NCBI GenBank assembly: GCA_012295275.1
Contig: CM022665.1
Span: 8,370,001 to 8,434,000 of the forward strand
Reading direction: 5' to 3'
DNA: 64,000 nt
DNA from: Chrysomallon squamiferum
Lineage: Eukaryota; Animalia; Mollusca
Every line of letters begins with the position of its first letter. The stretch's first letter is position 1. A model generated the notes under the pieces. The model was not told where the DNA came from and searched no databases. It saw only the letters and a program-made list of their open reading frames with translations. Made by a program: the position numbers and the translations under genes. Shown here piece by piece: positions 12,601 to 25,883 of this stretch.

Positions 12601-14830
12601 TCTGGGTAAATTGTCTTTTATCACTGGACATTAATCTATAACTAAAATGACTGTGCATGTGGATTTTGTTTTCAAGAAAACATTCAGAGTGCATGGTAAT
12701 ATCTTGGATGCATTAGTCATTGAACACCCACAGCTTAGAACATTTACATTTTGATTAGATTAATTTTTCTGTAAATGTAAATAGTAAGAAAGATGCCATC
12801 ATGTTACATTTTTAACAGGAGCAAGGTGAAGAATAAAATTTTAACAAATGTTTGTTGTTTTGAGAAGGAATCTGAAAAGGTAATAAAAAACTAAATCTGT
12901 TTCATATCACTAGCTTAAAATGTTACCAGCTTGGTTGCTGCCCAGGAAAACTTATTATCTCTGTGAATTGTAATGGCAAAATAAGAATAATTATTTCTTT
13001 TCATTTATTTTGTTATGTAGAATCAGTGCAAGTCAGAAAAGTCAACGGTCTGACAAGAAATCTTCTCAGGAAAATGGCAGTTTAGCTGAAGATACTGAAG
13101 AAATAGAAGAAGATATCATAACAGATGATTTTCCAAATAGTGAGAAAAATGGGGTATATAAACATGTTTTAATTGATAATTTACATTTTCAACAAGTAGT
13201 TTTAAGCCGAAAGAGAATAAATATATTGTCAAAAAAGAAATGCATAGGCAATAGGGAAAGAAGAAAAATATTTCATTTTAGAAAATATCGTCGTTTTTTT
13301 TTTTTTTAAGAATGTTGCCGAATGGCTATTTTTGTTGATTTTCCTGGAATGGGACAGCATGTTCAAATGCAACCAAAAACAGATTTAATGCATGTTGTTT
13401 GACAATTGCAGGAAATTGGCATGAAATACTCTAAATTTTACAAATGCATGTGAAACTCAGAGGAAAGATTGAGGTACTGATGGATATTTAAATTGCAGTG
13501 CTTGCAGTGATTCCTTATTTCCATTTCAACATACACGAGTTATAAGACGCCAAGACTGCATGCCAAATCAGAATATTGCAGTAGGCTGCCTCTGGTTAGG
13601 TAAATCACAATCAGCAGTCGGGTACCACATTAATGTCCATCAGAGCACCATTCCACATCTCTGGGACAGACACCAACAGTTTCAATCAGTTGAAGACTGG
13701 CCCAGAAGTGTGGAGGATCTCACCTAACAACTGCAGCACTAGATTAGTTATATCCATACTTTGCACTTGCATCATCTAACATTGCTGGATGCATACCTGG
13801 TTTGAAAAGGGTGTATGAACAAACCATTCAGAACTGACTTTGAGAAGTTGGTTTATGGGCTTGGAGACCAAATGTTGACAGATTGGGTGGAGGGAGTGTC
13901 ATTACGTGGGGAGCCATCTCATACACCAGCAGAAGTAAAGTTGTGTTCATATAAGGCAACCTGGCAGCTGTATGAGCTACTGGGTTGAAATTCTTTGTCA
14001 TCACATGTTCATTTGGGATTGACAGAGAGAGCTCTCTCAGCAGGACAGTGTCAGGTCATTCATGGCTTGTTTAACAGTTGGTTTCCTACATAATGGGAAT
14101 TTTAAAGTGCTGCCAAGGCTGTCAAGATCTCAGAATCTCAACCTCAATGGATATCTATGGGATGAACTGGACAGATGAGTATGCCAGTGTGACTCATAGG
14201 CTTAGATGCATCTGCAGCTCTCAGATGCACTGCAGGAAGAATGGGCTAAGTTTCCACATATGCCCCAGGTTCAGAGATTCATTCAAGGGGATGTTGCTGC
14301 TGGGGCCAGATAAGACATTTATTTTCAGCACCCTCTTATGATGCTGTTTGGTGACGAAAATACCTCCTCTGCCATCAGACCATCTCAAGAACACTGTCAC
14401 ATACTCATGTAAAATTTTATTGTGATACAGTGATAAATAATAAGGTTATGCCACTTTGTATCAAAGCAATAATTCCCGTGAATATTTTGACAGTATAGTA
14501 AAGTTTCTTGGTCATAAGAACTTATTCATTATGTGAAATTTATTACTCATAATTAATTCTTAATTGCATAATTTTAACTCTTAACATCACAAAAATTTGT
14601 GCTACTTCTTTGTGAGAGATTACTGTAGTTCACCAACCATACTACTTTCAGTTTCAAAATCTTTAGTATTAAGTAAAAGCTAATGGAGTATTTGTACTCA
14701 CATGTTTTAGAAACTGCATTTCATTTATTTTTGTTTTTCATTTCAGTTTGATGACCTGCAAACAGATGATGTCAGCTTATCACAAGCTGATGGCATCTTT
14801 GATTATCAAGAAGAAATTGCTCTACCCTAG
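474..14830 (+). CDS. CEP43: Centrosomal protein 43 / FGFR1 oncogene partner (FOP), 5'-partial, with an internal EF-hand pair
   Basis: 16 exons with GT-AG boundaries and consistent phases: 474-527, 1360-1414, 1662-1750, 2273-2425, 3155-3190, 4346-4402, 4787-4857, 5261-5322, 8442-8590, 8868-9013, 9439-9495, 11446-11633, 12174-12242, 12536-12605, 13021-13153, 14747-14830 (1473 nt, ends TAG). N-terminal AQLRASVFLALEEQESVQ-NKTPFLNKNLKEFLSTKEGKVVASLVRDFLEYFELEFTLAVFDPETG resembles the FOP dimerisation/LisH region. SFFDDPVP, GLSSLVGAPPL, EEIEEDI and terminal FDDLQTDDVSLSQADGIFDYQEEIALP resemble human FOP motifs. The first coding exon lies before position 1. Confidence 0.93.
6011..6037 (+). CDS. Candidate 27-nt alternative microexon of CEP43 (RVYMSLSPG)
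   Basis: T-rich tract ...tttttacctgttctctttag | GGGTCTACATGTCTCTTAGTCCTGGAG | gtagga. Phase 1-1, matching the host phase-1 intron, with no stop codon. TGCATG at 6063-6068. Confidence 0.55.
13222..14497 (+). mobile_element. Decayed Tc1/mariner (DD34E-type) DNA transposon in the last CEP43 intron
   Basis: Frameshifted transposase relics: HTH-like N-terminus (...GKSQSAVGYHINVHQSTIPHLWDRHQQFQSVEDWPRS), GGSVITWGAISYTSRS, QQDS, and SRSQNLN...WDELDR (the WPxxSPDLNPIE..W region). Short terminal inverted match tatattgtcaaaa (13222) / ttttgacagtata (14485-14497). Multiple stops, so non-functional. Ends are approximate. Confidence 0.8.
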
Positions 14831-17009
14831 CTTCAGTATCTGGCCAGATGGCTAGCAGTTTTAACATAAAAGACATTTCAGTGTTTTTGTCTGGTCGTAA
14901 ACGTACATTTTTAACAAGATTTTAAAATAATCAGAAGGATATAGAAATGACAGCTTATAGTAATTATTAATTCAGTTCTGTTTTACCATATGGGACAAAG
15001 AAAACAATAGATATTTTTTTGTTATTAATTACTGTGTAATTACTTGAACATCTGTAATGAATTCATATGGGATTCAGACCTACCTCAGCAAAACTATCAC
15101 AGTGTTTAATGTGATTGAAGGACAAACATTAGAAGAAGAGAAATTATATAAGACTGTGTAAAGGAATATCCTTCAGTTATGGATTTTATCTTTGTCTCAT
15201 TTTAATTATTTACAAAAACTGGTTTTAAAATTTGGAATTTCTAAAAATATCTAGTTTGTACTGCAGTCGTATTTAACACTTCATATATTTTTAATATTTA
15301 AAATTTAGATTTGACAGACTATATATAGATATTTAATATATAGCTCACTGGCAACTGTCAGATCAATTCCCTCCATCTAGACCCTTGCATGGGATCAGTG
15401 CATTTAAATGTATTACAAAAAAAAAAAAATATATATATATATTTATAATAAACACTCAAACCAACTCATTTTTTGACTTGTTTGTAAAACATAAATAAAG
15501 GAAGTGAATGACATTTTCATTAACCATATGATACGAAGTTAAAGAAATGCACAAGCTAACTACAAACCATTAGCACAAGACATATGCATAACCAGAAAAC
15601 AAATTATAGTACATCTCTGGAAAGAGCACAGAAAAAACTAAAAAATGATATATTTATGATGCAAAAATTAATGGAGAAATGGCAATTTTATGTTAATTCT
15701 TGCAATTTTGGCCCATTTTCTCAAAGCTTTGAAATGATACAGTAATCAAAGTTTATTAAATTCTTGTTTATTAAGTTCATTGCCTGGAATTAACATTCTA
15801 CCTTACTGAAGTTAGTTAATTTTGAACAAAAATAAACATCCAATCAAATGGCAGTATTTGATCATGGTCATAAGTTTGTTTCCAATCCATGCTGATAAAT
15901 CAGATGATTTTGGCTGCATTTAGAACAGTAGTGGAAATTGCCAGATTATGGTAATATTTTACACAAATACATTTTTTTATTTGGATGATCATAAGAAAGT
16001 ATTTTTTGTTGAACAATTAAAAATACTTCTAGAACAGCAAAAGGACAAATTTTGAAAGTGAAGTAATAGAGAAACAAGTGTACCAAGTTACTGAAAAGAT
16101 TTTTATTCCAGAATTTTTTTAAAACTAAAGCAGTTAGTTTTGGAGGTAATGCTTGTGAAATGGATTCAAGTATCAGCATTGGCATGGTGAACACAGGTAA
16201 TAGTGAAAAGTACAATTCTGCCACATAGCCATAAATAAAATATTTTTGGCTTGTGATAATCTGTTCAAAAGTATCAGTACTAATAGTCCAAAGCAGAATA
16301 CTGTACATTTTTAGATTAATTTTGGATTCAGTAATTATTTTTTGGCAATAGTGAAAGCATCAGATATGTAAAACAAAATTGAGAATTATTCCGTTACGTA
16401 GAATTTGTTGTATATTAAACATGTTAACTTCATGTGCATTTATTTTTAATGAGAATGAATAAATCTGAAACTTGGGAGTTTGGTATGCACGTTTAAAATG
16501 TATGGTGTTTTCAACATCACAGCTAAAAGATTGCTAATCATTAATAAATAACAAACATTTCTGATTATTTTATTAGAGTATTTATTAATAACTTCACAGT
16601 GACATTTTATAGTTAATAATGTATTAACTATGCATGCAAACCTTTTCGTATCTTTCAAACCCTCATTTTCTTTTTTCTTCCTATTTCTTTTTCAAATAAT
16701 TCTTTTAACTTTCTTTACATGTTGAAGAAAATTACAGAATTTGGTAACTGACAATTTATTTTAAACAACTAACTTAACAAAATGATAATTCAGATGAATG
16801 TGTATAAAAGAAAAACAGGTGGTTGTTATGTTTAGCTTTGCATATTACTGTAACAATAAGTGCTAATAAAAAAAAAAAAATGCTGCACAATACATAAATG
16901 AAAATTTAAGAAAGGAACTAATATTTTTGAAATAATGAACAATTCAAGCTTTAAGGTCTTTCAAACTAGAAAATGTCCATGACCATACATAAAAGCAGAC
17001 AGATGTTTA

Positions 17010-20000
17010 TCATTTTGTTATACCAATGACGCCACAAGCCAGACGAGCTCCAGCATTACCTGTCGTCTTGCTTAGTTCGTGACCACCTTTACCAAGATCA
17101 TCTATGTCAGCATGCACCTTATAAATGAAACAGAAGGCAAATTCAAGCATGATGAAAGAAAGATGGATGAATTGAATTATGGACAAATGATAGTACATTA
17201 AAAACCTTTATAATTTCAGTGAAAATGTATTGCATTACAGCTGAAACTGAAAAACAGGTTAAACGCTAGGATGTGTACTAAATGTGACAACATTTGAATA
17301 TAATATTATACATTTAAAATTGACAGATCTACAAACTAAAAATATCAACTTCAAATCAAAATTGTATACTTACGACCATGGTTCTACCTATAATAGAATT
17401 GGCACCTGTCAAACTGATTAACTTGTCAGTTATATTAATTTCTGCCACTCCATTCTCTTCAGCAATTACATTACCAAGGTCACCGACATGCCTGTTTATT
17501 TAAAAAAAAAAAAAAAAAAAAAGTTTACAGCTGTTGTACAAAATGTAATACATGTACTGAAGGATAATTTTTAATTTTTCATCTAAAATCAATGTCACTG
17601 CAGTATATTTGTTAATTTACATGTACTGAAGGATAATTTATGTCTTAGAAAATAAAATACATAACAAAGTTACTGACCTTACTTCATCTTCAGGGCCACC
17701 ATGGTCTTTACCAAATGGATTAAAATGACCTCCTGCACTTGTACATCCTGAAAAAAAAGAAGAAAAAAAGCATTTTGGGAATGCTGCCTCTCTATACATT
17801 TTTCAGTTTGTTTAAGCTGATTTTACATACTTTTGTAACCTGCTTTCTTGCCTAAGAATGTTGTATTTCAAATGCAGTATTTTTGTATTTATCTACACTT
17901 GATTCAGTGACTAGATTTGTCATATTTCTTTAAAAGCACTGAATATCTTTTTAAGCATATTTATAAGAATATTTAATATATACCACTTGCTGAGTGATGC
18001 CTAACATTCACTTCAGCTACCATAAGAAAAGTAAAACTGTACATACCTAGCTATTTCTACATACCATTTGTATTGTCTCCAAATTCATGGACATGAAAGC
18101 CATGTTTCCCTGGTTTCAGACCTGTAATACTCCCTTCAAGAGTAACGGGTCCATCAGCATTCTAAGAAACAGACAAAAACATATCAAGTCATTACCGTAT
18201 ATACTTGTGTACAAGGCGACCTTATGTGTAAGTCGATGTGTATTTTAAGACCAAAAATTGCAGCATTTTAGGTATTACTTGTGTATAAGTCGACTGTAGA
18301 TTCCAGGCACCGTCACTATTTTTAGACCAGTGTGACAGTGCCATGAAGGCCTACTGTAACATAACTTGCACGAACATACCATAATAACGTAAATGCATGT
18401 ATTACACGAGCTACAGCCTAAATCATTGCAAGACGCCGTAAGGCATAATGCTGTACTGATGGTTTTCTTGCTTTAAAATGTATTTTTATGTCATTAAACG
18501 GAAGAATATCATGTTTTACATTCATATTTGGTTTTGTTATTTAATTTTTCAAAATTTTTTATACAATAAAATTATATTTTTGAAAAGCTGAAAGACCGCG
18601 ATTATTTTAGATGCATCCCGTAGCAAAAAATAGTCAAAATGGCGACTCTTCAGCAACAGCTACAAAAGCAGTACCTATGTATAAGTCAACCCCCAAAATA
18701 TTACCTTAATATAGTCTCCCAAAAATTCGACTTATACACAAGTATATACGGTAATCACCAAATGATGAGAATATGGCTTGCTTCACTTTAGAAACTGCAA
18801 AAAAACAAGTAACTTGTAATAACACATTAACAAATATGTTTTTAAAATATTTATTTTAATGGTTAATGATGAAGCACAAGGCTGAAATACTTGTACACTG
18901 GGTAACTGAAAATAAGTAGGTATGTTGCAAACCCGAATTTCAGTGATGTCATTTTTTCCCCACTAGTACCTGTTAGGAATGTGCCGAGTGTGCCAAGGAC
19001 TGTCCCCAAAATGCATTTTTTTTCACTGATTTGGCACAATTATTTACCAGAGTTTTCTTAATAAGATATGATGGATAATCCCATCTTCATCATTTTGGAA
19101 TTTTTCAAATCTGTCAATTTCTCACATGATTCATTTGATTACAAATTTTGCTCAAGTTCAAGAAACATCAATCAACTAATAGTTTTCATCAAAATCAAAT
19201 AAATTTAATATTTCAACAAGAAATTGACAAAATTTTATTCTATTCTAAAATTGTGAAGGTAGGTTTTGAACTTGTAAACCAAGTCATTGTCATTCCAATA
19301 GTGTCATGGCTAGTGAAATTCAATGAAAACAGCTCTTCATTCTGAATCGATTAAATCATTTTATTTCCACTAAATCTTACAGAACTTACATAATAAGATC
19401 AAAATAACATTTTAGATAATATATGTTGAGAGTTTACTGATCACCATCTTCTTGCTTGCCATTAATTTTCATTAATGACTTCTGACCACAGTGTTTTGCT
19501 GACCCACACTGGCAGTTTCAAATCTAGGTCTTGGAAATGTAAATAACATCATGGATAATGTCCATCTTAACAAAACCATCTCATGATTACTGTTGCTTCT
19601 TTTAAACAATATTTATTTGATTATTCTAAATTTTTGAAAGTACTCTGTATAGCTGATACTGCAATACAATTATCTAAAAACTTTATCTTGAAAATTAAAA
19701 GAAATACAGGGCTTTCTTTGCAATTCTGTCATTGCTAAATCACAGAGATTAGATCATTAAAAGCTAAGACAGTTAGGAAATTTATCAGAAGCTTTTTATG
19801 TATTTAAGCATGCAGACATATGCCATTTGAATTGAATTACATGGATAGATTGTTTTTGTTTTTTTACAATGAAACAATCCTGTTACTCAGCTATTTAGAC
19901 TAGATTTGCTGCTGTTTGATTTGCTGCATTAAAATAAAATGTTCTAAATACTAAGGTCCTTTCCACTTCCCAAGAGAAAACATTTGCTTAGTCATGCTGC

Positions 20001-21161
20001 TGGAGGTCATGGTCATATGATGCAATTATGTTCATAAATAGATTACAAGTAGTATTATATGTGGACATTTAAAAATATAAATATAAAAAATAATTATAAG
20101 TTAAAAATAAAACTATATTCATTTATCAAATCCAAAAAGGAAGTGCTGATGTCTTCCACAGACATTAACTTCCTCCATTACAAGTTTGTTAATACATTTA
20201 CTCCATTACAGCGTTTACCCAACAATTGATTTACTTGGCTTAATTAATATTGATCTATTACCACTACCTGTACATCCACTGAGTCATCATATATACTGCA
20301 GATATAACCTATGAATTATTTTATAATTTATTTTTAATATGTATCATGAAAAAAAATAAAGAAATTATATATTATAATTTTATATGTGTTCAAGGCATCA
20401 GTTATCCAAATAAAATAAAGCCAATTTAAGTTTGTTATCTGACCGATAATATGAATGTATTTATTCTTTATCATTTGATATTTTCTGTTACTTAATTTTG
20501 CTAACTTCAATGAAGCAGACTGCTTTGCATAGTGATTGTTTAAAACTTCTGATCAGACTATTCTCGTCTATTGCTAGAAAAATGTGAAAATGAATCACTA
20601 AACAGTGTGCACTTTTTTCTTCTTCATCCCACTAGATTACTGCGTTATTCAAGTCCCTACTAGACTTCTCTGTCCACAGCAGAAAAGCATGTCAATATAA
20701 AGTATCAACTAGTACTAAGTTAATACAAAGTACTAAACCAGGATGCCCAAATGCCAAATGGTAGATTACAGCAGAATACACTAGATGAGACAATAATATG
20801 ATGTAATATAAAGTATTTTAATGCAATGCTTTTCTATTAAAAAGCTGCTATCAGAAGTACTATTGATAATGTTTTCCGTTAAATAATATAAATAAAATTT
20901 TAAAAATACACCAAAGGCGTAATGAAAAACTGCTTTGTCTTATTTACCAGTTGCCCGCGAAGTCATGGGCAGGTCACGTGACTAGGTTAATACCACATTA
21001 ATTCGTCGCGTTCAAAATAAATTCGTCATTGCTGTCATCCCAAATTTACACATTTTACAACACTAGAAAGTCAAAATATATATTACCGTTTGCTTAAAAT
21101 TAATTGTTCCTTGCGTTTCACCATCCCCACGCATAACACACACAGCCTTGATAACACTCAT
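17010..21161 (-). CDS. SOD1: Cytosolic Cu/Zn superoxide dismutase, 155 aa, 5 exons
   Basis: Exons 21161-21087, 18161-18065, 17747-17678, 17491-17374, 17117-17010 join in frame: [14 protein letters not shown]...[46 protein letters not shown]...[42 protein letters not shown]. Metal-ligand His/Asp residues and the disulfide Cys pair are present. Confidence 0.98.
18195..18751. mobile_element. Non-autonomous TIR element (MITE), Tc1-mariner/pogo-type, in SOD1 intron 1
   Basis: 25-bp terminal inverted repeats: CCGTATATACTTGTGTACAAGGCGA on the left, reverse complement CCGTATATACTTGTGTATAAGTCGA on the right (2 mismatches). Flanked by TA at 18193-94 and 18752-53. Internal copies of TGT(A/G)TAAGTC(G/A)A. 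No ORF. Confidence 0.88.
20973..20982. promoter_or_regulatory. Perfect GTCACGTGAC palindrome (CLEAR / E-box, MiT-TFE or USF site) about 105 bp into SOD1 intron 1
   Basis: Exact 10-bp match in a locally CpG-rich patch next to the first exon. Confidence 0.5.
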
Positions 21162-21819
21162 TTTGCTTCGGTACAAGGTTTATTCTTAACGCATGCGCCT
21201 TTCTAAATGAACTGAAGACCCCTTCTTTTGAATACAAATTCCTTCATTAAGTGCGAGCACCAAGACTAATAATACTTATAAAGATGTTGACGATAATGCA
21301 TATGAAGTAATTATATGTAACATAGTGAAGTTATTCCTAAAACCTATTATAATATTTCGGAACAGTATACGAATTTTGTTTCACAGTATTAAACAGGATT
21401 TTTTACTGCTAGTATAATTTTTTAATGCTAATACTTTGCTGATTCATTTCGTGGATTGTTTATCAAAGGCTATGGTATAATGGTGTTGTTTGCCTATAGA
21501 TCTACACATGAAACCGTAACTACTGAAATATTATTTTTCTGCCTTCACTAAGACAAGTTTTTCTCTGTGCACGCGTTAGGAGTGAAAAAGGGATGCAGTT
21601 ATAATACATCTCTTAGCAGTTCACATGCATGTATAATTATTTTAAATTAGACTTTAATTACGTTAAACGTTTAATAAATACCAATACCAATACACATAAA
21701 AGTAATTACTGGTTGTTTTACAAAATTAAGACAAGAACATGGGTAAAATCAAGCAGTCCATATCTTAATCCAAAATAATTACTTAGTTTGTAACTCAGAA
21801 TAATCAAGAATTTATTTAT

Positions 21820-21895
<76 letters not shown>

Positions 21896-22123
21896 CTTTT
21901 TTTATTATTATTATAATTAACTGTATGTTACAGGAGTAATATTTGACATACAAAAGCTTCAGCCGTAATCTCTACGCCAAGAAGTCTTAACAAACCAATC
22001 AGTTTGAGAGAAAGATGAATTACGTCCCTTAAGAACAATTTTTAGTTACGAAGTTAAAAAGATTAAAAAGACGAAAAATGATGATATAGAAAGAATTCGG
22101 GTTTTAGAAGAAACAACAAAAAA
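21162..22123. promoter_or_regulatory. Divergent SOD1/GET1 promoter region (962 bp between the ATGs)
   Basis: Head-to-head start codons. NRF1-like CGCATGCGC at 21190-21198, MRE core TGCACGC at 21568-21574, and a (GA)34 tract. Confidence 0.7.
21825..21892. repeat. (GA)34 microsatellite
   Basis: Perfect dinucleotide run. Confidence 0.97.
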
Positions 22124-22755
22124 ATGTTTTTGTTAATTTTTATATTTATTGTGGTTATTTTGTTTTCTCTGTCATCAAGTTATATCAGTGATATGTCTGC
22201 ACTGGTAAGTTCTGTTTGTTTATATTAAATGTTGATTCTTCTTATTATTATTATTTTTTTTTTTTTGTATTCTTGAGACAGTTAGAAATGAGCAGACGAT
22301 TTTTTTTTTTTTATGATAACGAAACATATTAAAGTAATTTATTCTTATTATTGGTATTATTGTTATTTTTTTATGATAACGAAACATATTAAAGTAATTT
22401 ATTCTTATTATTGGTATTGTTGTTATTTGGTATTACTCACGTAATGTCTAATAGGACTTAATGTATCCATTTTAAAAACCGATGGATCATGGAATCCAGG
22501 AATGTATGCATGTTACTGTTAGTGTAATTAAGGTCAGTAGAAATAAATTGTCTCTCTTCTGTATTAATGACCATGATGATCTTAATGCACAATATATTTA
22601 AAATTAGCTATTAAGACTATACCTTGTTATAAGTATACTTACGTCTTTTGAAGCAGTATATAATAAGAGTTTATAGGGATGAATGATACATTTGTTTGAT
22701 TGGTAAGACCTGACCCAAGTAAGTTATGTATTCAGACATTTTAATTTTGTTCATA

Positions 22756-22804
<49 letters not shown>

Positions 22805-24205
22805 CAGTATAATCCCAATATGATGTGGTATATCTGTGATTCTATTTTTATTTTTCCAGATAGTAAAACATCTGTTTAAAATATCTGATGAGGAAATGTT
22901 TATGCGGACACAGATCCGTAGCCTCAAAACTGAACAAGAGTCAGTGAGAGTAATAGATGAATTTGCACGTTATGTGAAGTTGCAAAGGAGAATTGATAAG
23001 CTAGCATGGAATTTAAAACAATATGGTCAGTTCTGTTAGCTTAAACCAAAACTGACATTTTTTATATGTACATTTTTAACTGAGCAATATATAGAAGCAT
23101 AATTAGTAATATAAACGATGCATTCTAGTAATTTTATATCAGCATGGATATTTTAAAACCTATCTGACATTAATCATAATAATTCTATTTTACTGTACTC
23201 ATTCAAGAATTATAATAATTTATCACAGTATAGATATATATATTTAAATTCATTGATGGTACTTTTACACAACATGAACATACTTCTTATTGTAAATTGG
23301 AAACTTAAAATGAAGCATATTAGTTACCTAATTTGAACACAGTTAGCTATTACTGTCTTGATATTAACTGTTTTCAGGTAGGCAGAGATCTACTGTACAG
23401 ACTGTGTTAAAATATGCTATCAGATTTGTCCTTAATCTCATTCACGTATGTATATAGTACTGCAGTTTTTGTTACATGTGACTTTATCTGCTTGACAAAA
23501 AACGATAGAGAAAAACTAAAAATCATAATTGTCAAGTAAAATCTGTAGATGTTCATTGAGTAGATAGAATTTTTCACACAAGACTTTGGCTTCATTGTTC
23601 TAGGGTTTGATAATTAATACATGTAGCTTTTATTCTATTTCATAAAGCTTTGTATTTTTAAATTTAACAGTTAGATGGATTGCTAAATACATTTTAAATT
23701 ATGTTTCTTATTTTAAATAGGTTGAACCAAATTAACTTTAAAATCTCTTAAATCTTTTCAGCTGGCGATTATGCTTTCACTGGTGTTTTCATACAAACAT
23801 GAACCAATTTGCAGTGTTCCAGTAAGCTGGCTTTTTCCCTTCCACATATTTGTAGCTTTTCCAACAGGCATCCCAGGTAAAAACGTCATGTTTCATTAGT
23901 TATTACAATTTGATATAAAAAGTACACAAATATATTTACACAATAAGTGACATAAAAATTTATCTTATGGTGATCTGGCTGTTGTTTTTTGTTTGATCTT
24001 TTGTAATTTTTTTGAGATATTTAATATTGTCAAATTTGAATTTTAAAATTCAGTTCTTTTTATAATATGGCAAATAAAAAAACATTTCATAAATATTTTA
24101 ATTCTGTTCTGTTTGCTTTTTTATTTAGGTGGAGTTGGAATTGTTTGTTGGATTGTTGCCTGCAACACTATGGTATACAGGGCAAAAAGATTAGTTGATT
24201 ATTAA
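22124..24205 (+). CDS. GET1: Guided entry of tail-anchored proteins factor 1 (WRB/GET1), 168 aa, 5 exons
   Basis: Exons 22124-22204, 22860-23025, 23378-23445, 23762-23876, 24129-24205 join in frame. N-terminal TM segment (MFLLIFIFIVVILFSL), coiled coil with DEFARYVKLQRRIDKL, and C-terminal VAFPTGIPGGVGIVCWIVACN, as in WRB. Confidence 0.95.
22306..22428. repeat. 60-bp tandem duplication in GET1 intron 1
   Basis: ttatgataacgaaacatattaaagtaatttattcttattattggtatt(a/g)ttgttattt occurs twice with period 60. Confidence 0.9.
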
Positions 24206-24677
24206 CAAATGTTTGTTCTTAAGTCAGGGTTACAAATATGTTATCTCAAAAACGCTCCATGAATACTTTAAAAATATATTTTACTGTTAATTTAACTGTT
24301 CAGAACACATTGTTTTTAAATTTTATTTGACTTTTTGTAAGTTCTAACTTAAATTTTTTTTATGACAAAGGTGATGTATTATAACTGAATATACAAGTAA
24401 ATGTATAAAAAATACTATAACATAAAAATGAGCAATAGGTAAGGAAAGCATATTCAAAATAAAATTGCCTCTGAAATATATATACATTTTTTGTATTAAT
24501 ATAACATTTTGGCATTCTAGGGCATAAAGTTTATTGCAAAAAAATTTGTTTTTATTGAATTTATACTGATATGATATGTATACTGATAAAGCATTAAAGA
24601 AATTCACATATTATATTACATGTTATTTATTTCTTCTTATTCTGTATTTAGAGATGATTGAGTGCACCTGAAGTTTT

Positions 24678-24720
24678 AATAAAAAGTCAAAGCAAATTTT
24701 GTTTTGTTAAATGTTTTATT
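24678..24720. terminator. Facing polyadenylation signals for GET1 (+, AATAAA 24678-24683) and LCA5 (-, AATAAA 24720-24715)
   Basis: Hexamers on opposite strands 31 bp apart, between the two convergent stop codons. AATAAA is common in AT-rich DNA, so this is tentative. Confidence 0.35.
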
Positions 24721-25883
24721 ATAATCTCCCATCCCCAGATCACAGATCTGACAATAATTATTGCTTAAACAATTTTCATTTGTAAAAGCAAGTAGAACTG
24801 ACAAACAGAATTTTGTAAATTTAGGAGTACAGAAGTTTTAAGATGTAAAACAATTCTAATTACAGTTCGTTATAAATTAATGAAAGCAAACATTTGTTAA
24901 CATTCAACAATTCCACCTTTTAGTGACACTTTCAATTGAAATGGAGTGGCATACTGTATTCCTAAATGTGCAAATGATGTCAGATCACACTAAAAAACCC
25001 CACCTATATGTATAATAATATAATAACAATAATAGTGGAAACAGTAAGATTTAAAAAACCATTTATTTTATAAAATATGAAGGCACCATAAAAATATGAT
25101 GAACATTTTTTTTTTATTTCCATATGTGAAATAAATACAACATAATATGGACGGATTTACTTTTGTTAGTTTGGGTCACCTTAGTTATACTGACCATTCT
25201 ACAACATTCATTTTCCACATGGAAAGTACAGTCCAACTTAAATAATAAAAATTAAAACAAATGAGTATAGTAGTTTGCTCAGCACATAAAACAGACATTA
25301 AAAACTAAATAAATATCTACATCAAAAGAAATAAATGGAATAATAAATGAACCAACTAAAATTCTCTTAATCAATTTAATTCTTTGACTTTGCTAAAATA
25401 ACCATTTTTTTCTCAAATGTATAAATCTTTATTAGTTTTTTAATACTAATTTTTAAAATATTTTCTCTGATATGTAAGTATTTCAGCAAATATTCCGAAA
25501 ACAAAATATATTATGTATTATTAGGTTATTTAATATTTAAAAATAATTATTTTGAGGAAATATACAGCTAATAAAAGCAATACATGTCCTGTTCAAGCAC
25601 TAAAAGCATATACAAATATATACAAACTTAACATAGTTATTGGTTTGCTTATATAATACTTAAATATTTTTATATATGTACAAACTAATTAAATAACTCT
25701 TTTTTTTTTCTTCTGAAATCCAGGAAATTTTTAGGAATTTGGTTCCCATTAAACTTCTTTTTTTTCAAGTTAAAAAAAAAAGGGTACATGGACACTGTTT
25801 TGTGTTTCATTAACGTAGAAATAAGACCTGTAAGACTACTTTGAAAAGTTTTGTAAAAATGTAATAAAAATACAAAGAACACT

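Noticed and set aside
15946-16308. 120-aa hydrophobic minus-strand ORF between the CEP43 and SOD1 3' ends
   Set aside because: No recognisable motif or splice structure; one ORF of this length is plausible by chance in 64 kb.
17549-17639. 22-bp direct repeat TACATGTACTGAAGGATAATTT in SOD1 intron 3
   Set aside because: Only two copies, an ordinary local duplication. Not CRISPR-like, and the genome is eukaryotic.
18920-20000. Possible decayed THAP/transposon-derived sequence in SOD1 intron 1
   Set aside because: Only a vague FPRP...CG resemblance, with no sustained frame or termini.
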